64,000 nt of DNA from Phoronis australis (lineage: Eukaryota > Animalia > Phoronida): positions 300,275 through 364,274 of the forward strand of contig NMRA01000373.1 in assembly GCA_002633005.1 (NCBI GenBank). Reading direction: 5' to 3'. Position 1 is the stretch's first letter, and every line of letters begins with the position of its first letter. Shown piece by piece: positions 38,314 through 50,827 of this stretch. The notes beneath the pieces are model-generated. The model worked only from the letters and a program-made list of their open reading frames with translations, was not told where the DNA came from and did no database searches. Made by a program: the position numbers and the translations under genes.

Positions 38314-41300
38314 ATTGTGAACGTGCGCAACGACATGAGTACTCGTGCAATTAACGAAGACGTGTCCATGATAACTATGCCACATTATTGCCAATACATT
38401 ATTATTTATGTTCGATGCGTGTCCCAAAGATAAAAGATGCGCCACGAGCTAACAGTAAGTAGAGATGAAAATAAGGCAGTAGGTTGGGAAAATGACAAAA
38501 TGCAGGTACAAATTTATTTATATTTAGACTCAACGCTCGGTTACCAAAAATGACTAATGAATTGTTATGAAGTCTTTAGACCCGGTTACATGATAAAGTT
38601 TGGATAGGTGAGTAAAACTGTGAGTAAAATTTGCACACTAGTGCCGGTAAAGTACATTTATCACGGCGTCCCTAAGATCTTATCAAAACCAAAACCTGTG
38701 AGCTCCATGCTCACCGATATAATCGCGGTCATCACGAGCACTCTTTTAGCAAGAATGTGGAGATTCCACATTTGACTGTCAATTAGGTTGATCAACTTGG
38801 CGTCTTTGTGGAAAAGGGAACTACAAAGACTGGAGGGAGCATGTCGTAAAAGAACCATATGGAAATGAACAATGGGCTTAAAATTTCAGAGTGATTAAAG
38901 AGATACTTTATCTGTTACGAGAAAAACTTCGGGCAGGGTAACTTGGCTGCTCAATTCACTGTAAACGGTGGGAGGTCATGTTTCTCTTTGGGTCTATATT
39001 TACTCGAAATCAAACCCGAAATTATTTTGGGCATTTTCTATTCTACTTTGGTGCGAACTCAAGATAAGTGTTTATTATTATTCTATGCTCTAGCAAGCAA
39101 TGTTTTTACTCGAGTTAGTGGCTCCAATCCTGGGGCCATGATCGTGCAAACTTGGACTAGAAATTGATATGCTTAAACCATAATGTACAGTACTCTAGCT
39201 AGCAAACACTGATAGGCATATATATCCCGAGCTTGCACAAATGCACACTACAATACATTTTCAACAAGATCGCCTAGAAACAGTCTCATTTTGTGACATG
39301 ATGGGGATTTCACAGGAAGAAGATTCACGTACCATTGTCGCTTTTGTGATTTGATAACAAATGTCCAATTCTCAAGATCGCCGTATTGGCTGCCAGTCGT
39401 TGGAATCGAGGCCGGTTACCTTACCTGTTAAATGAGCTTCAAATACTGGACTACATGTACATGCCGATTGGAGTTTGATTCCGCTAGCAAAGCGTTGGAC
39501 TGCAATTGCCGAGGCCTGTGTAGAGTTCGCCTTTGGCAGTTCGGTCTCAAACATACATTTTCTCGTCCACTGGGACACTCTATGGGAAGTCTTGTAAAGC
39601 CGCAAATTCGACTGTCGAAATACATGTACATATTTTCAACAGCCGTCAAAAGTCCTCGAACAACAGACCCCATGAAGGGTCTAATCTCTGACATCAGACT
39701 GGAAAAGTCTTGTATTTTTGACAAATCACTTGATTCGAGTACCGATTTGCGGCAAGTTTACTCCAGGCGGGCCATGCCTTCATTTCTGGGTCAATTTTCG
39801 TGTTTATATCAGTACGTAATGGGACTTTCAAATTGATAGTAATGACGGAACGTACTCAGTTCCTGAATTATTATACGTGCCCTTTAAAACTTTTAACATG
39901 CGTTAATAAACACGCAACATTTTCTTTTCAAATCCAGTAAATATACTTGTCAGTTATATTACGAGTTCCGTTCGCCTCGTCTTCCCGAGTGGCGCAGATA
40001 CATGTACGCATGACCTTTACCGTTGTCAGTGTTGACTACGTGTTTTACGCTAGGTAGTTCAGTTTTAAATAAAAAACGCGCTCAAATAATTGTGACATTT
40101 TTGCAATATTACTACTGTTATCCATAAAAATAATGTGCACAGAAGATCCGCGCAAACCAAAATATGTTTTAGGCCCAGGTCTATCTTCGGATCCAAAGGT
40201 CCATTATCGGTTTTAGTCCGAAAAACGTATTTTGAGGTTATCATTGGATGGGGTACTTATTAAAGTTACAAACTATAAAACAACATGTTTGTAGTGTTTT
40301 TATTACAAATCGCCAATGTCGCCGTGAGACGAAGAGTTGGCAAGCCTCGTTTAAAACCTTGCTAACAAGAGTTTATGTGACCTTTGAAAAAACTTTAAGC
40401 TCGTGAATTTTGCTAAAATTGATGCCGTGGGGCGCTTTTTTCTTCAAGTAGTTACACCGTAGTCGATAGTGAATACGACCACGAAGTCCTGGATATTAGT
40501 ATCCGAAGAAGCGAGGAGACATGGCAGTCCTTTGGATGGATTTGGCTACATTACAAGCAGCAACTGCAACATCATCAGTGGAGCACTAGGCAAAAAGGAG
40601 ACCCGCCTGTACCAGCTAGGGAAGGACCGAATGACACTCGTGACAGGGGCAAATTAAGACCCGAGAAACGTTCCCTGTGAGAAAAGCGAGATCACACAAG
40701 ACTACGCAAAATCATACGTGAGAAAGGCGAGCGTTTCGCGAGTATGCCCGAGCTTGGCTGGCGCAACCTGGTGCAAAATGGCGGCCACTGAAGTGATTGG
40801 TCGGTGAGGTTGGAATATCGAATTACGGAACTGAATTCATGAATCATGGGATAGAATTCACCGCTTCCGTTCCATTAGTGAGAATTTTTTGCCACACGTG
40901 CAATACTAATCTATTGTGTCTATAGAGTAGAGCACCGCGTTTACTCTAGCTGCGCCATAGAAATGATCAGCAATAAAACAACATTGAATTTCATAAAATA
41001 GACTACAATTAAGAACATTATTAATAAACAAAATACGCAAATAAATTTTACTGATGTCACTCTCCCTTTAAACAACATGACATAAAGTACAGACAACACA
41101 ACCAGACATCCTCGAATAAGATTAAAAAATTGATAAAAGTGATAAGAAGGAAAGCATGATCTAATGGGCGTATGCCATTCTTCATTTTACCGATAAAAAG
41201 GTGAAATAGAGAAAACACAAGCCACATCTTTGGATAAGTATTAACAATTTAGTGGCAAGAAGGAAAATATGTCCCGATTATACCGTAGCCACCCAAAAGA

Positions 41301-42819
41301 TCTGGGATGAAAGTGACTATAGTAACGATTCAATGTTATCAATATTCCTACACTGGCGAAATGTGATAAAATAACCAGATCCATCTAGTGACAAGAGATC
41401 TAGGACCCCAATAACTCCACTGCCTATGGAGACAAAAAAATCAAAATTAACGTTGCTGTATAAAACCTAAACAAACAAATTTTAATTCAAAACTTAGAGT
41501 GCCATAAACCTACCTTTTGCCAAAAAGATTTAACATATTGATTTAGGTCACTACAACTGAGCTCAACTTTTTAATATATTCATCTTTCTCTCCCCAAGTT
41601 TGCTTTACAAGACATAATTATATGCAAATAACAAATCAAACAGAGGGGTAATACATAAGTTTAATTTTGTTGCTGGTTAAAATCTATAAACACTGTTACA
41701 TAATTTGCTGTTTTTAACGATGGGTATTTTTGAATGCTTGTTCCATAATTATAGAAGAAACGCAAAGCCTGATTCCAGTTTTTTGTTCTACCATTATAAA
41801 ACAAATCACTTACAGTATGTATTGTAAAAGAATCAACTTTGACGTTACAATTGGTGTTCCAAACAACTTTGTTTCCTTACTCAAAGTTAAGTGAAGATTT
41901 TCTTGTAGGGCAACCATTTACAGAGTTCACATTTCTTGCCACAAAAGTTGTTACAAATAAGTAAACTGGTCTTACTCAGATTATACGTGGTTTCTAAGCG
42001 TGTCCTCATCAACAATAAATTGTCAATTTTCCTTTCTCCAAGTTATTCCGAGTTCAGTTGAGATGCCGCTCCAATGCCTCAGCTGTAGAAATTGGGTGTA
42101 AAACCCTATAGAGACCTGGCATAAACGACTCTGGTGCAACCAAGGACCAACTTTCACGAAACATGTTAAAAAAGAGAATTCAAAATATTGACTCAGTTCA
42201 GGGGCCAATAGAGGCCTATTTCCATCAAAGGCTGAACTAAAGGGATCACAAACTCTGTTCTCGCAAGAATGCGATGTCAGTGTCAAGATACATGCAACAC
42301 ACATGTTCTGCCTGGACGTGCCTTTTACTTCCAGGTAAGTAAGAATAATTGGAAATGTTATGCCAGAACAATGGCACTTCAATTCATGACAAAGCAAATT
42401 GGCAGTCCTTCAAATGTCAGTCAGTACAGGATTGTGGCGAGGGAGGACGGTGCTGAAAATTGTTGCGACCAGGGGAATCGGCAGCCTAAAAATTGTTGCC
42501 TCAAGGTGGGAAGAGGGTGGAAATTTGTACGAATGAGGGTAGCTTGTAAATTGTGGTGACTGGAAGATATCTAACAATTTTGGTATTCAGTTGGCTAGTT
42601 CAAGATCCCAGAGACCCATAGAGTGTGTGTAGCTTAGGGCAGACAGAATCCTTAATGTTGCACAGGAAACTGAACATAAAAATAAACTAAAGCTACTCGT
42701 AAATCAATGAGAAACTAACTGGAAGCTAACATTACCATTTCGTGTAAGTATGCATAAGTTTCACGACATTGCAAATCTCCTCTGTTCGACACATGCTTCC
42801 GGTCAGCAACATCTACAAG

Positions 42820-43550
42820 TCAGTAGTTACCACTATCCAACATCTCATCATGAAGACCGTCGTCACTGTCGTAGCCATACCTAGCAGAGGCCCTCTGGAA
42901 GGCAGCATTAACCACCAATTGGCGGCAGCTCATGACTGAAGAGTGGTGACCGACCGTGATTTCAGCATCATCATCCGCTACAACACGCGGACTAGGACAA
43001 TTGGTAGTATGGTCGCCAATACTAGTACCGACCACATACTGGTCAAACTCACAGACAGCATCGCACGCGCCGACACGACTCGTGAAAAACTCAAGTCTAA
43101 CAAAGTATGATATGCTATAGTTAGTAGTCGCGTCAGAGGAACTGCACAGCGATGGTTCCGTTCCATGTGGTACCAGTAAACGAACACCTTTTATTGTCAG
43201 CGAAACATTGGGTTTAATGCTAGGATGAAACTTCGTCTCTGACACTACTTTCTCAAGAGAGCACTCTTTTCCATTGTTCATGAGGAAATATGCCCGCTGG
43301 CAGAGCAAGCATTTGATCTTACGTAACTTCTTCCTCGTCTTGTTACTTATGTATAAATCAATCAGAGCAGTCTGTCCGTCTACGATGAAGTATCCTGGAT
43401 TAAGCTTAACTTCCACGTTGAATTCCCCGCCATAGCATGATGAGCCTTGCCCACTGATCTCTTTCAGTTGTGGAGAGTCAATTGGTATGCCTAAACTTGA
43501 CGAGAACACCAGCTGCCTCTGGATTGGCACAGGTTGTTTACACGAGATGG
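42820..43550 (-). CDS. Alpha-arrestin (ARRDC-like), copy B, terminal exon (arrestin-C domain and tail)
   Basis: Acceptor ttttgcttttccag; GEFNVEVKLNPGYFIVDGQTALIDLYISNKTRKKLRKIKCLLCQ...LLVPHGTEPS..YSISYFVRL; TGA at 42820-42822. Confidence 0.88.
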
Positions 43551-45231
43551 CTGGAAAAGCAAAAAGCATTGTAAAACAGACAAGACAAAGCGGAGACGTC
43601 TTTAGGTATTAAAGACACTTCACGTAGTGGATAATCTTAACTGTGCAACCTGGTAAAGAGCACTCGAACAAGGACAGGTCACTACTTGAAAGCTAAGCTA
43701 TAAGTAGAACAGAAAATGGTGTTCAATATCTGAACAGTGCTTTTGTGGTTCCACACAAAGTTGGTCGATTGCCAAACACTGTTATGCAATTGGTAGCTCC
43801 ACTGTGATGAGTTGCGTGGATGCAAGACAGTCAAGAGTGAAACCAGTGTGATCACGTTTTGGTTTTGTAGTGCACGGCGACGTTGCAAAGACTTGCGTGA
43901 TCTTGCATTTTTGCGTCTGTGTGTCTTGCAACCATAGAATGCAGCGCTGAACTCTGAAAGCATTATTGGCTAACACCAGGGCTGCACACTGGTACTCATA
44001 CATGTAAATGTGATCCAATATCAATATAGTCTCATCGATAGGCTATTCTTGCAGTATTTTATGTATATATGCACAAACACAGATGTGGAAATAACTGTGG
44101 GCAAAAGTAAGTGGCTGATCACAACCTCCAACCATATGAAAGTGTGCACAACTGTTGATATTTCCAAAGATCAAGATATACTGTATGTTTATGTCAGGCA
44201 CTCCAAAAGAACTTGGGTGCTCCTGTTTAATAGTCATGGCAATATTAAATCTCAGGTGGTTGATACGTCATACTTTTAATGAATGTGAGAATGCAATACG
44301 CCCAAATACAGCATCTAATTTTGTCTTTTTGCACAGTCATTTTTACATCACCAAACGTGTAAGCAACCAGCAATGGCTGTCTACACCCCTCACTTAATCG
44401 AGGCTACACTTTGAAAAATTAATTGTTTTTATGATAGTAAATGGGCCAGTATCCTCTTTTACCAATAACTCTTAGAAAGCACTAAGAAACCTAACCACGC
44501 GCAACTTTAATACAAGAAGTGTGCAGACTGGTGTTTGATTAATGTGCCTTGGTGTGCAAGGTTATAGTTCAACCTCTCCGGTTAGGATCCTTTTAGCGTG
44601 GTAAGAGTTCTTGACATGCATAGTGCTTGACTTTTCCAAGACATGTTCTGATGGCATCCATCCAAAGAGTTCTGTGTTCGGTTATAGGAAACTACATGTA
44701 TGCTCCCAAAATGTTCAGTGCATTTGTAGACTTTGTTTATTCACTAATTTTGCATTTTCCTATCATGTTAGTTTTACTGTGAGGTACTTTTTAACTGATG
44801 ACACTTTCATATAATATACCTGAAAACTGAACCCATATTTCAATGAAAACAAATAGAGAGAAAGTCCTGAAATTAGAGGCGTTGCATAAAAAGGGTCTCA
44901 TTTATGTTCGTTGAATTGTTTATTTTCAATAATATTAAGAATTCAATGTATAGTTTACTCTCAGTATGTATCAAAGCAATGAAGACAAAATACAATTTTG
45001 AAAAAACAATCAATGTTTGCACAAAGTTCACAAATGCACTAAAATTTAGGGAACATAGCTGAGTCCTACTGAGACTGTTGCAACAGGCAAGTGTAGTCCA
45101 CAGTATAGTGGGGCTTAATAAGCACCCGTTACTGTACTGTAAGAGGTAAAAAGACTAGATCGAGCTCAAGGTATCGAACAACAAATATTACTCCATGCAT
45201 GGACTTTCTAGTGTAGATGGTATATACATAC

Positions 45232-45365
45232 TTAGTCCATTCTCCAGGAAGATAGTGACCTGGTAGTAATAACACGTGCTAGCAGCCTTTACGTCACCAC
45301 TTCGGGCACTCTCGTATGACACGGTACCAGTGACATCTGCAGGGATGACATGCTGAAAGGCAAAC
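45232..45365 (-). CDS. ARRDC-like copy B, exon 4
   Basis: cag|G FAFQHVIPADVTGTVSYES...YYYQVTIFLENGL A|gtatgt; phases 2/1 fit both neighbours. Confidence 0.85.
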
Positions 45366-46155
45366 CTGAAAACAGAAGGTCTCCGTTAGGGGCACGGCCA
45401 ACAATTTAAACAACCTTGGAATAATGCTTCCAAACACTTCACAAGTAAGAACAGTGGAGCCCAGTTCAATGTCAAGCCCTTCGCTTTCATCATAAATTAT
45501 GATAATAAGTGGGACATTCCATTTTTAGCAGGTTTCAACTTGGTGCCAATTGTAACCACTCTTGTAAGCTGATTATGCTAAAACACACAGAGCAAGGCGA
45601 TACTTATTGAGTTATAGATGCATTTACATATGAATAAAGGTGATAACTCATTAGGTCCTACATTTCCCAGCCACCCAGTTGAATGTATTTAACCCATTGC
45701 GGTTTTAATAGCTGCTGGAGTTATATGACCAGCTACTTTTGAATGGGATTAGGCAACAAAGATTGACATCAGTGACACCGACCACACCATGGGGAGGTCT
45801 GACTTTAGTGCCTAACTGAAAAATAGGAGGCGCTTACCTGAATGATCTTAATACCCTCAAAGAATACTGGCGAATTATGAATAGTTAAGAGTGTAACGTA
45901 CTGAAAATCAGGGACCTCCTCTTCACAAAAAAAAACCCAAACGACCCCCCTTTAGGCAAACTAGCACCATCCGTTTTTATGTTTGACCAGTGCCTGACAA
46001 TTATTTTGTAACAGAATATAAAACCAGCCCATGAGACACTTATACTGTTTAAGATGAAACCCTTAGTAACTATGGAGAAGTGAGCCGTTTAACTCCCTCC
46101 CATCATGGTATGTGACCAAAAAGATCCAGTTCAAACTCCGTGCTCCCTCACTCAC

Positions 46156-46324
46156 CTGTGCTGTCCCAGTTGCAAGGCTGGCCTGGCATTGGCCGCGCGT
46201 TTCTTTTCATCCGGTGGTCTCCAGACTGACTGATAGAAGGACTGACTTAAGTGCAGCTCATCCGCCAAGCCCATAACATGCTTGTGTTTGTTTTTGTAGT
46301 ATGTATACTTCATTGTCATGTTGC
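46156..46324 (-). CDS. ARRDC-like copy B, exon 3
   Basis: cag|GC NMTMKYTYY...QSVW...LQLGQH AG|gtgagt; arrestin-N 'L.xG.H.F.F' across the junction. Confidence 0.85.
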
Positions 46325-47618
46325 CTGCACACAGATAGCCATGATGTCTGGTTAGTCCTATACGTGTGTGCACGTACATGTTTAGATTACAAGGTAACAG
46401 TTTTGTAAAACTACCAACAACTGATTTACGTTGCATGAGCCAACCACTTGAAAGAATTAACCAGAGTGTGAGGTTAAACAGAGCACATTGGGTCGTAGTT
46501 TGGCATAAAAATGAATTAAAGCACAATACAGGGGTGAAACTTTGTTCTCTCATTTTTTATAAGAGTTTAACATCAAATTAAACGGACACAATTGGTCTTT
46601 GGACAAAAATCTCACTTATGGGAATATTGTTACAATAAACTAATTATTAATTAGCTTTGACCAGAACTATGAAACAGCAAAATGTGTTTTTCAAATTCAT
46701 TTTTATTAGAAATTGCTGAGGTTCCCTGATGCTGGCATCTTGTCATTCAGTAGTAAGATTCAACTGAAATCTAAGCCCGTGACCTTATCATTTCAATACA
46801 CTACTCAGCAACTTGTGGCTTTGACACCTTAGAGATGTTTTGCAATCATTCATCAACAACTCTATGTAATTAGCCAAATACCTACAAAACCATTTTAAGT
46901 CAGTAAAAGGTACATTTTCTCAAATTAGAAAGTCTGTAGGATTTTGATTTTTGACATTTACCAATGTGCTAAAATTGGATCAAGTGGCCATGTCTTTTGA
47001 ATAAAATTCAGATGAATAAAAAAGTACATTGATAGCAGTATTAACAACATGATTAAGTTTTGTTTCAATTGATATCAACGTTCAAGATGAAATCTTAAAT
47101 ACACTTTCACAGTTTTCTAAAACATCCTTTTGTTTTCAATGCATGCAATTTTTGATTGTTACTGAAATCATAAAAGTCCCATTTTTGATAGCACCTTCTG
47201 CTAAAGTGGAACATTTTGACAACAATTCCTGGCAGGTTTTTGGCATGAACGTTTCATTTAAATCCGATTGGCCATTTCTGAGATATGATGCAGCAAAAAA
47301 TTTAGCCAAACTTGTACATTTTCTCCTACAAAACCTAAAACATAATTATTTAACTGTTCAAAACAATGGCCTTAATTTCACTGAATGTTTGACAGACAAG
47401 ACAGCAAGAATTAATGATTTGTAGTAAAATAATCAAAAAACAATAGATTTTTTTGTTAGCTCTGATCAAAACTAATACGTTCAAAAAGTCCATAACAATA
47501 ATAAAAATGCATTATTGGGTGGAAAAACAGTGATGTCTCTTCAAGCAAAACAGTGATAAAGGTTTTTGCAATGTCCTAACTCAAGAAGGTGCATGAAAAT
47601 TACACAGCTTTACCATAC

Positions 47619-47765
47619 CACTGAATGTGATTTGGATCTCTCTTGCTGCTAGGTCTTTACAGGTGTCCAGGACTATAGTGCCACTGACTGTGTCACCGGG
47701 ACGATAGACAAACTTTTCAGCAAGCGGTACGTAGGGGGAGCTGTCTGTCGAAGTTTCCACAATGC
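47619..47765 (-). CDS. ARRDC-like copy B, exon 2
   Basis: tag|GC IVETS...KFVYRPGDTVSGTIVLDTCKDLAAREIQITFS G|gtatgg (arrestin-N 'VY.PG..VSG' motif). Confidence 0.85.
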
Positions 47766-50320
47766 CTATGGCAAAATTACAAAAGGTATCTCAGGGTTAC
47801 TTATAAATAAAATTTTCTTAAACCAGAACAATTAACAATAACTGACAAGAAGTAAAGGGTACAAGAAAATATTTTTTAATAATGAACTTAGAATATTGTT
47901 CGTAAAGGGTCACAGGACAAACAAATCAATTAACAATATCGTTCAATCAAAATTTGTTTTCATGTGTTCAAGTGAAACCCAAGCTTTTAAAGAGACTCAT
48001 GTTATCATTGCTTAAATTTTTTGGTACAACAAGAATATTTGTCTTAAAATCCAAAGCGCTCAAGAACGCATAGGCACACACCACCTGGTGGTCTCAAATT
48101 CTTCCATAGTGAAATTAGAGGTGTTTGAAAAAAACTGACGGTTCGTAATTGGTTTACAAGTTGATTTGTCAACAATTTATGTGCTGAGCACAGTCTCAAG
48201 AAAAAACGTCAGTTCTTTGCCAGTCCAGAAATGACATCAACATGGCATCACACTAAACAAGCGAATAATCTCAACACTTGCCTCGAATTTCTTTTTCCCT
48301 AAGAATCTCTTTGTCTAAGTCAACAAACTCCTGCGGAACCAATTGTCGATCGAGTTTCACAGAGAATTCATTGATGGATTCATCTGAAATTCTCTCACTC
48401 AGCCTCTGCTTTTCTTTCTCTGATGAATAACTTGGGTCGTCCATGACTCAAAACCTGAAAAGAAATTTTACCAGCAACATCACTAAGAAATACAGTAAGA
48501 TATATTTTCAGTCAATCATTGTGTGGTCTAAGCCGTTGTTGTATTGAGGCCGACATCGTTAAAGAAAGGGCTTGGAATGACCAATGACAAAAAAGAAGAA
48601 AAATTTCCAGGTGTTGTATCGTGCCACAAATACGCTTGTGTGATAGAAATGTTTTATGTGTAACGTGTAAAACTTAAGTGAAATAAATGTTTTTGCATGA
48701 GTTAAGTCAACGCAATGATGAAAAAAGAGACGAAAAAAGAGGAAATTGGAAATCAAATAAGAGGAAATCGAAAATAAAAGAGAAAAATTCCAAGCCCTGC
48801 AAAAGAATCTCCTTCAAAACAATTATAAACTAATAGTAATTAAAGAGTCTGTAAACCTGCCTAAATATCACAAAATAAAAACTTTTGATTTAGACCGCTT
48901 GGTCTCAAATTTTTCCTTAGTCAAACTGAAGGTGATCTCAGGGCTTCAAAAGAACAGGCAGTTCGTTACTGTTTTATATCAGGCTGTGCAGGTTTGCTTG
49001 TCACGGCATGTTCTTTCATGCACCGAGCATGGTCTCAAAGAATAAGCAACCGCCACTTAGCAAACCCAGCAATCATATCTCATTTGAGTAAGGAGCAAGT
49101 CATGGGCAATTTTACAGTAAATGGTGTAAGACAAAAGTTCTCTTTTTGGACGGAACAAAGGTCTACAACCACTTAAAGTATTATGTCCAGTAAGACTGCC
49201 GACATTATTAGCACTGAATGGGTGAATGTTATGTGAGTTATGAAAAATACGCAGGCAATATATCATGTCAAAATACATCAAATAAAGCATAAATACATAC
49301 CCACTGAGTTATAATTAACATACCATACATACTCAAAACAATTTAGTCAACATAATTTGAACATGTGTCGAGGTTCACTCGAGCTTCCCTTGACAGGTGC
49401 CATTTTGAGGAAGTTGTGCAAAATTACAACAGTTCACGGACAAAAATCCAAGGTATACAAATCTTACAAATTCCTACGGATATCTTCCCATGCTACTTTT
49501 TGCAAGCGTCAACCTCCAGCTCCTTCACTTTGCTCAGTCTCTAGTTCTAACTAGCGTGACATCAATTGTGGTTATTGGCGACCAAACAAGTGGAGTTGAA
49601 ATTCTTCGCAAAAGTCATCTTAATATCTGTAGAGATGCTTTATTTACTGAGGATATGTAAAGAACGAGAAAGGATAGCCCAGTTATAATTCTAAAACGTA
49701 TTTTGACGAGGTGAAAACGACTTATTCAGCGAGCAGATTTGGGCTACCACCCGTTTAAAATACACCGGTATGAAATTAGTACAGAAACCGATGGCGAGTA
49801 TTGTAGCCTCTCGCCAGCTGACCGAGGGGCTACATGTTGCTACATGCCATATGTATGACCTCACCTGTATCAGTGAACGACTTCCGCACAAATTGCCCTG
49901 GTAATGTCTTCCTGATAATGATTATATTGTCAAACAAGCTAGCATCCAGGGATCAACATTACTACTGAGTACTGAGGAGATAGCCAGCAATCAACAGGGT
50001 GGCTACCAATGTGTGATGAATCGTCTTTTAACCGAAAGAAGCGAAACAATCGTAGGTATTGCCTTTTGCAGTGGATAGATCAAGGCTCATGATTGATGGA
50101 TTCCTTTGTATGACTTTACGTTTGGGGTCTTTCTTGTCCATAGACAGCCGCACGGGCAAGATGGATTTAGTCAATAAAGATTCGGAATTGGTACAGACAA
50201 TATGACAATTATCTGACGCGAATGTACATCTCAGTCATCGAAATCTGGCCAACAGTCACGCTCAGAATCCCGCGAACGACAAAACAGTAAAGATATTTCA
50301 CAGGTCAAACTTATACATAC

Positions 50321-50324
50321 CCAT
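50321..50324 (-). CDS. ARRDC-like copy B, putative first coding micro-segment (ATG G|gtatgt) at the end of a 5' UTR exon
   Basis: Phase-1 donor gives M-G-IVETS; in-frame stop upstream; total CDS 1185 nt = 394 aa. Choice of this exon is inferred. Confidence 0.5.
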
Positions 50325-50827
50325 TCGCCAGGCAACAAGGTTGATAATGAAAGGCGTACAGAGAGGCCTACAAGCGAAATTTCGCAATTGACGAAGTCAG
50401 ACAGCCGTGACCTAGATGATATTCGTCATTTGTTGACAACATTTTCCAATACTATATTCAGCGCCCCCTATGCTTTGCCGCGGCAAACATCTTCTCGCAA
50501 GACGTCGCTTTTGCAGCGACAAGTGGCAAACTTAGGTCTGTGCCCCGAGAGGTCGTTGCAAAGAGACACCTTGCGAAAAATGGCTGCAAAAATACTCACA
50601 AACACGATGTATCATGCTATAGGGTAAAATTAGAAAACGAAAAAACTGTTACCGTTTAAACTACAGCAATTGGGCTCGTGGCGAATTTTTCTTAGGGGAC
50701 TAGATGACTGGCGTACCGTAAATAACTGAAATTGAACAACTCGCTAGATGAATTACCGGTAACTTAACGTTCTCTTAATTAGCTGCCCGGCTTTTAAAAT
50801 GTTCTATAAATTACTACTTTGTTAGTA

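Noticed and set aside
40449-40680. Open phase-2 segment as possible last exon of PAN copy A
   Set aside because: Weak support, ~18 kb away, no recognisable continuation of the domain.
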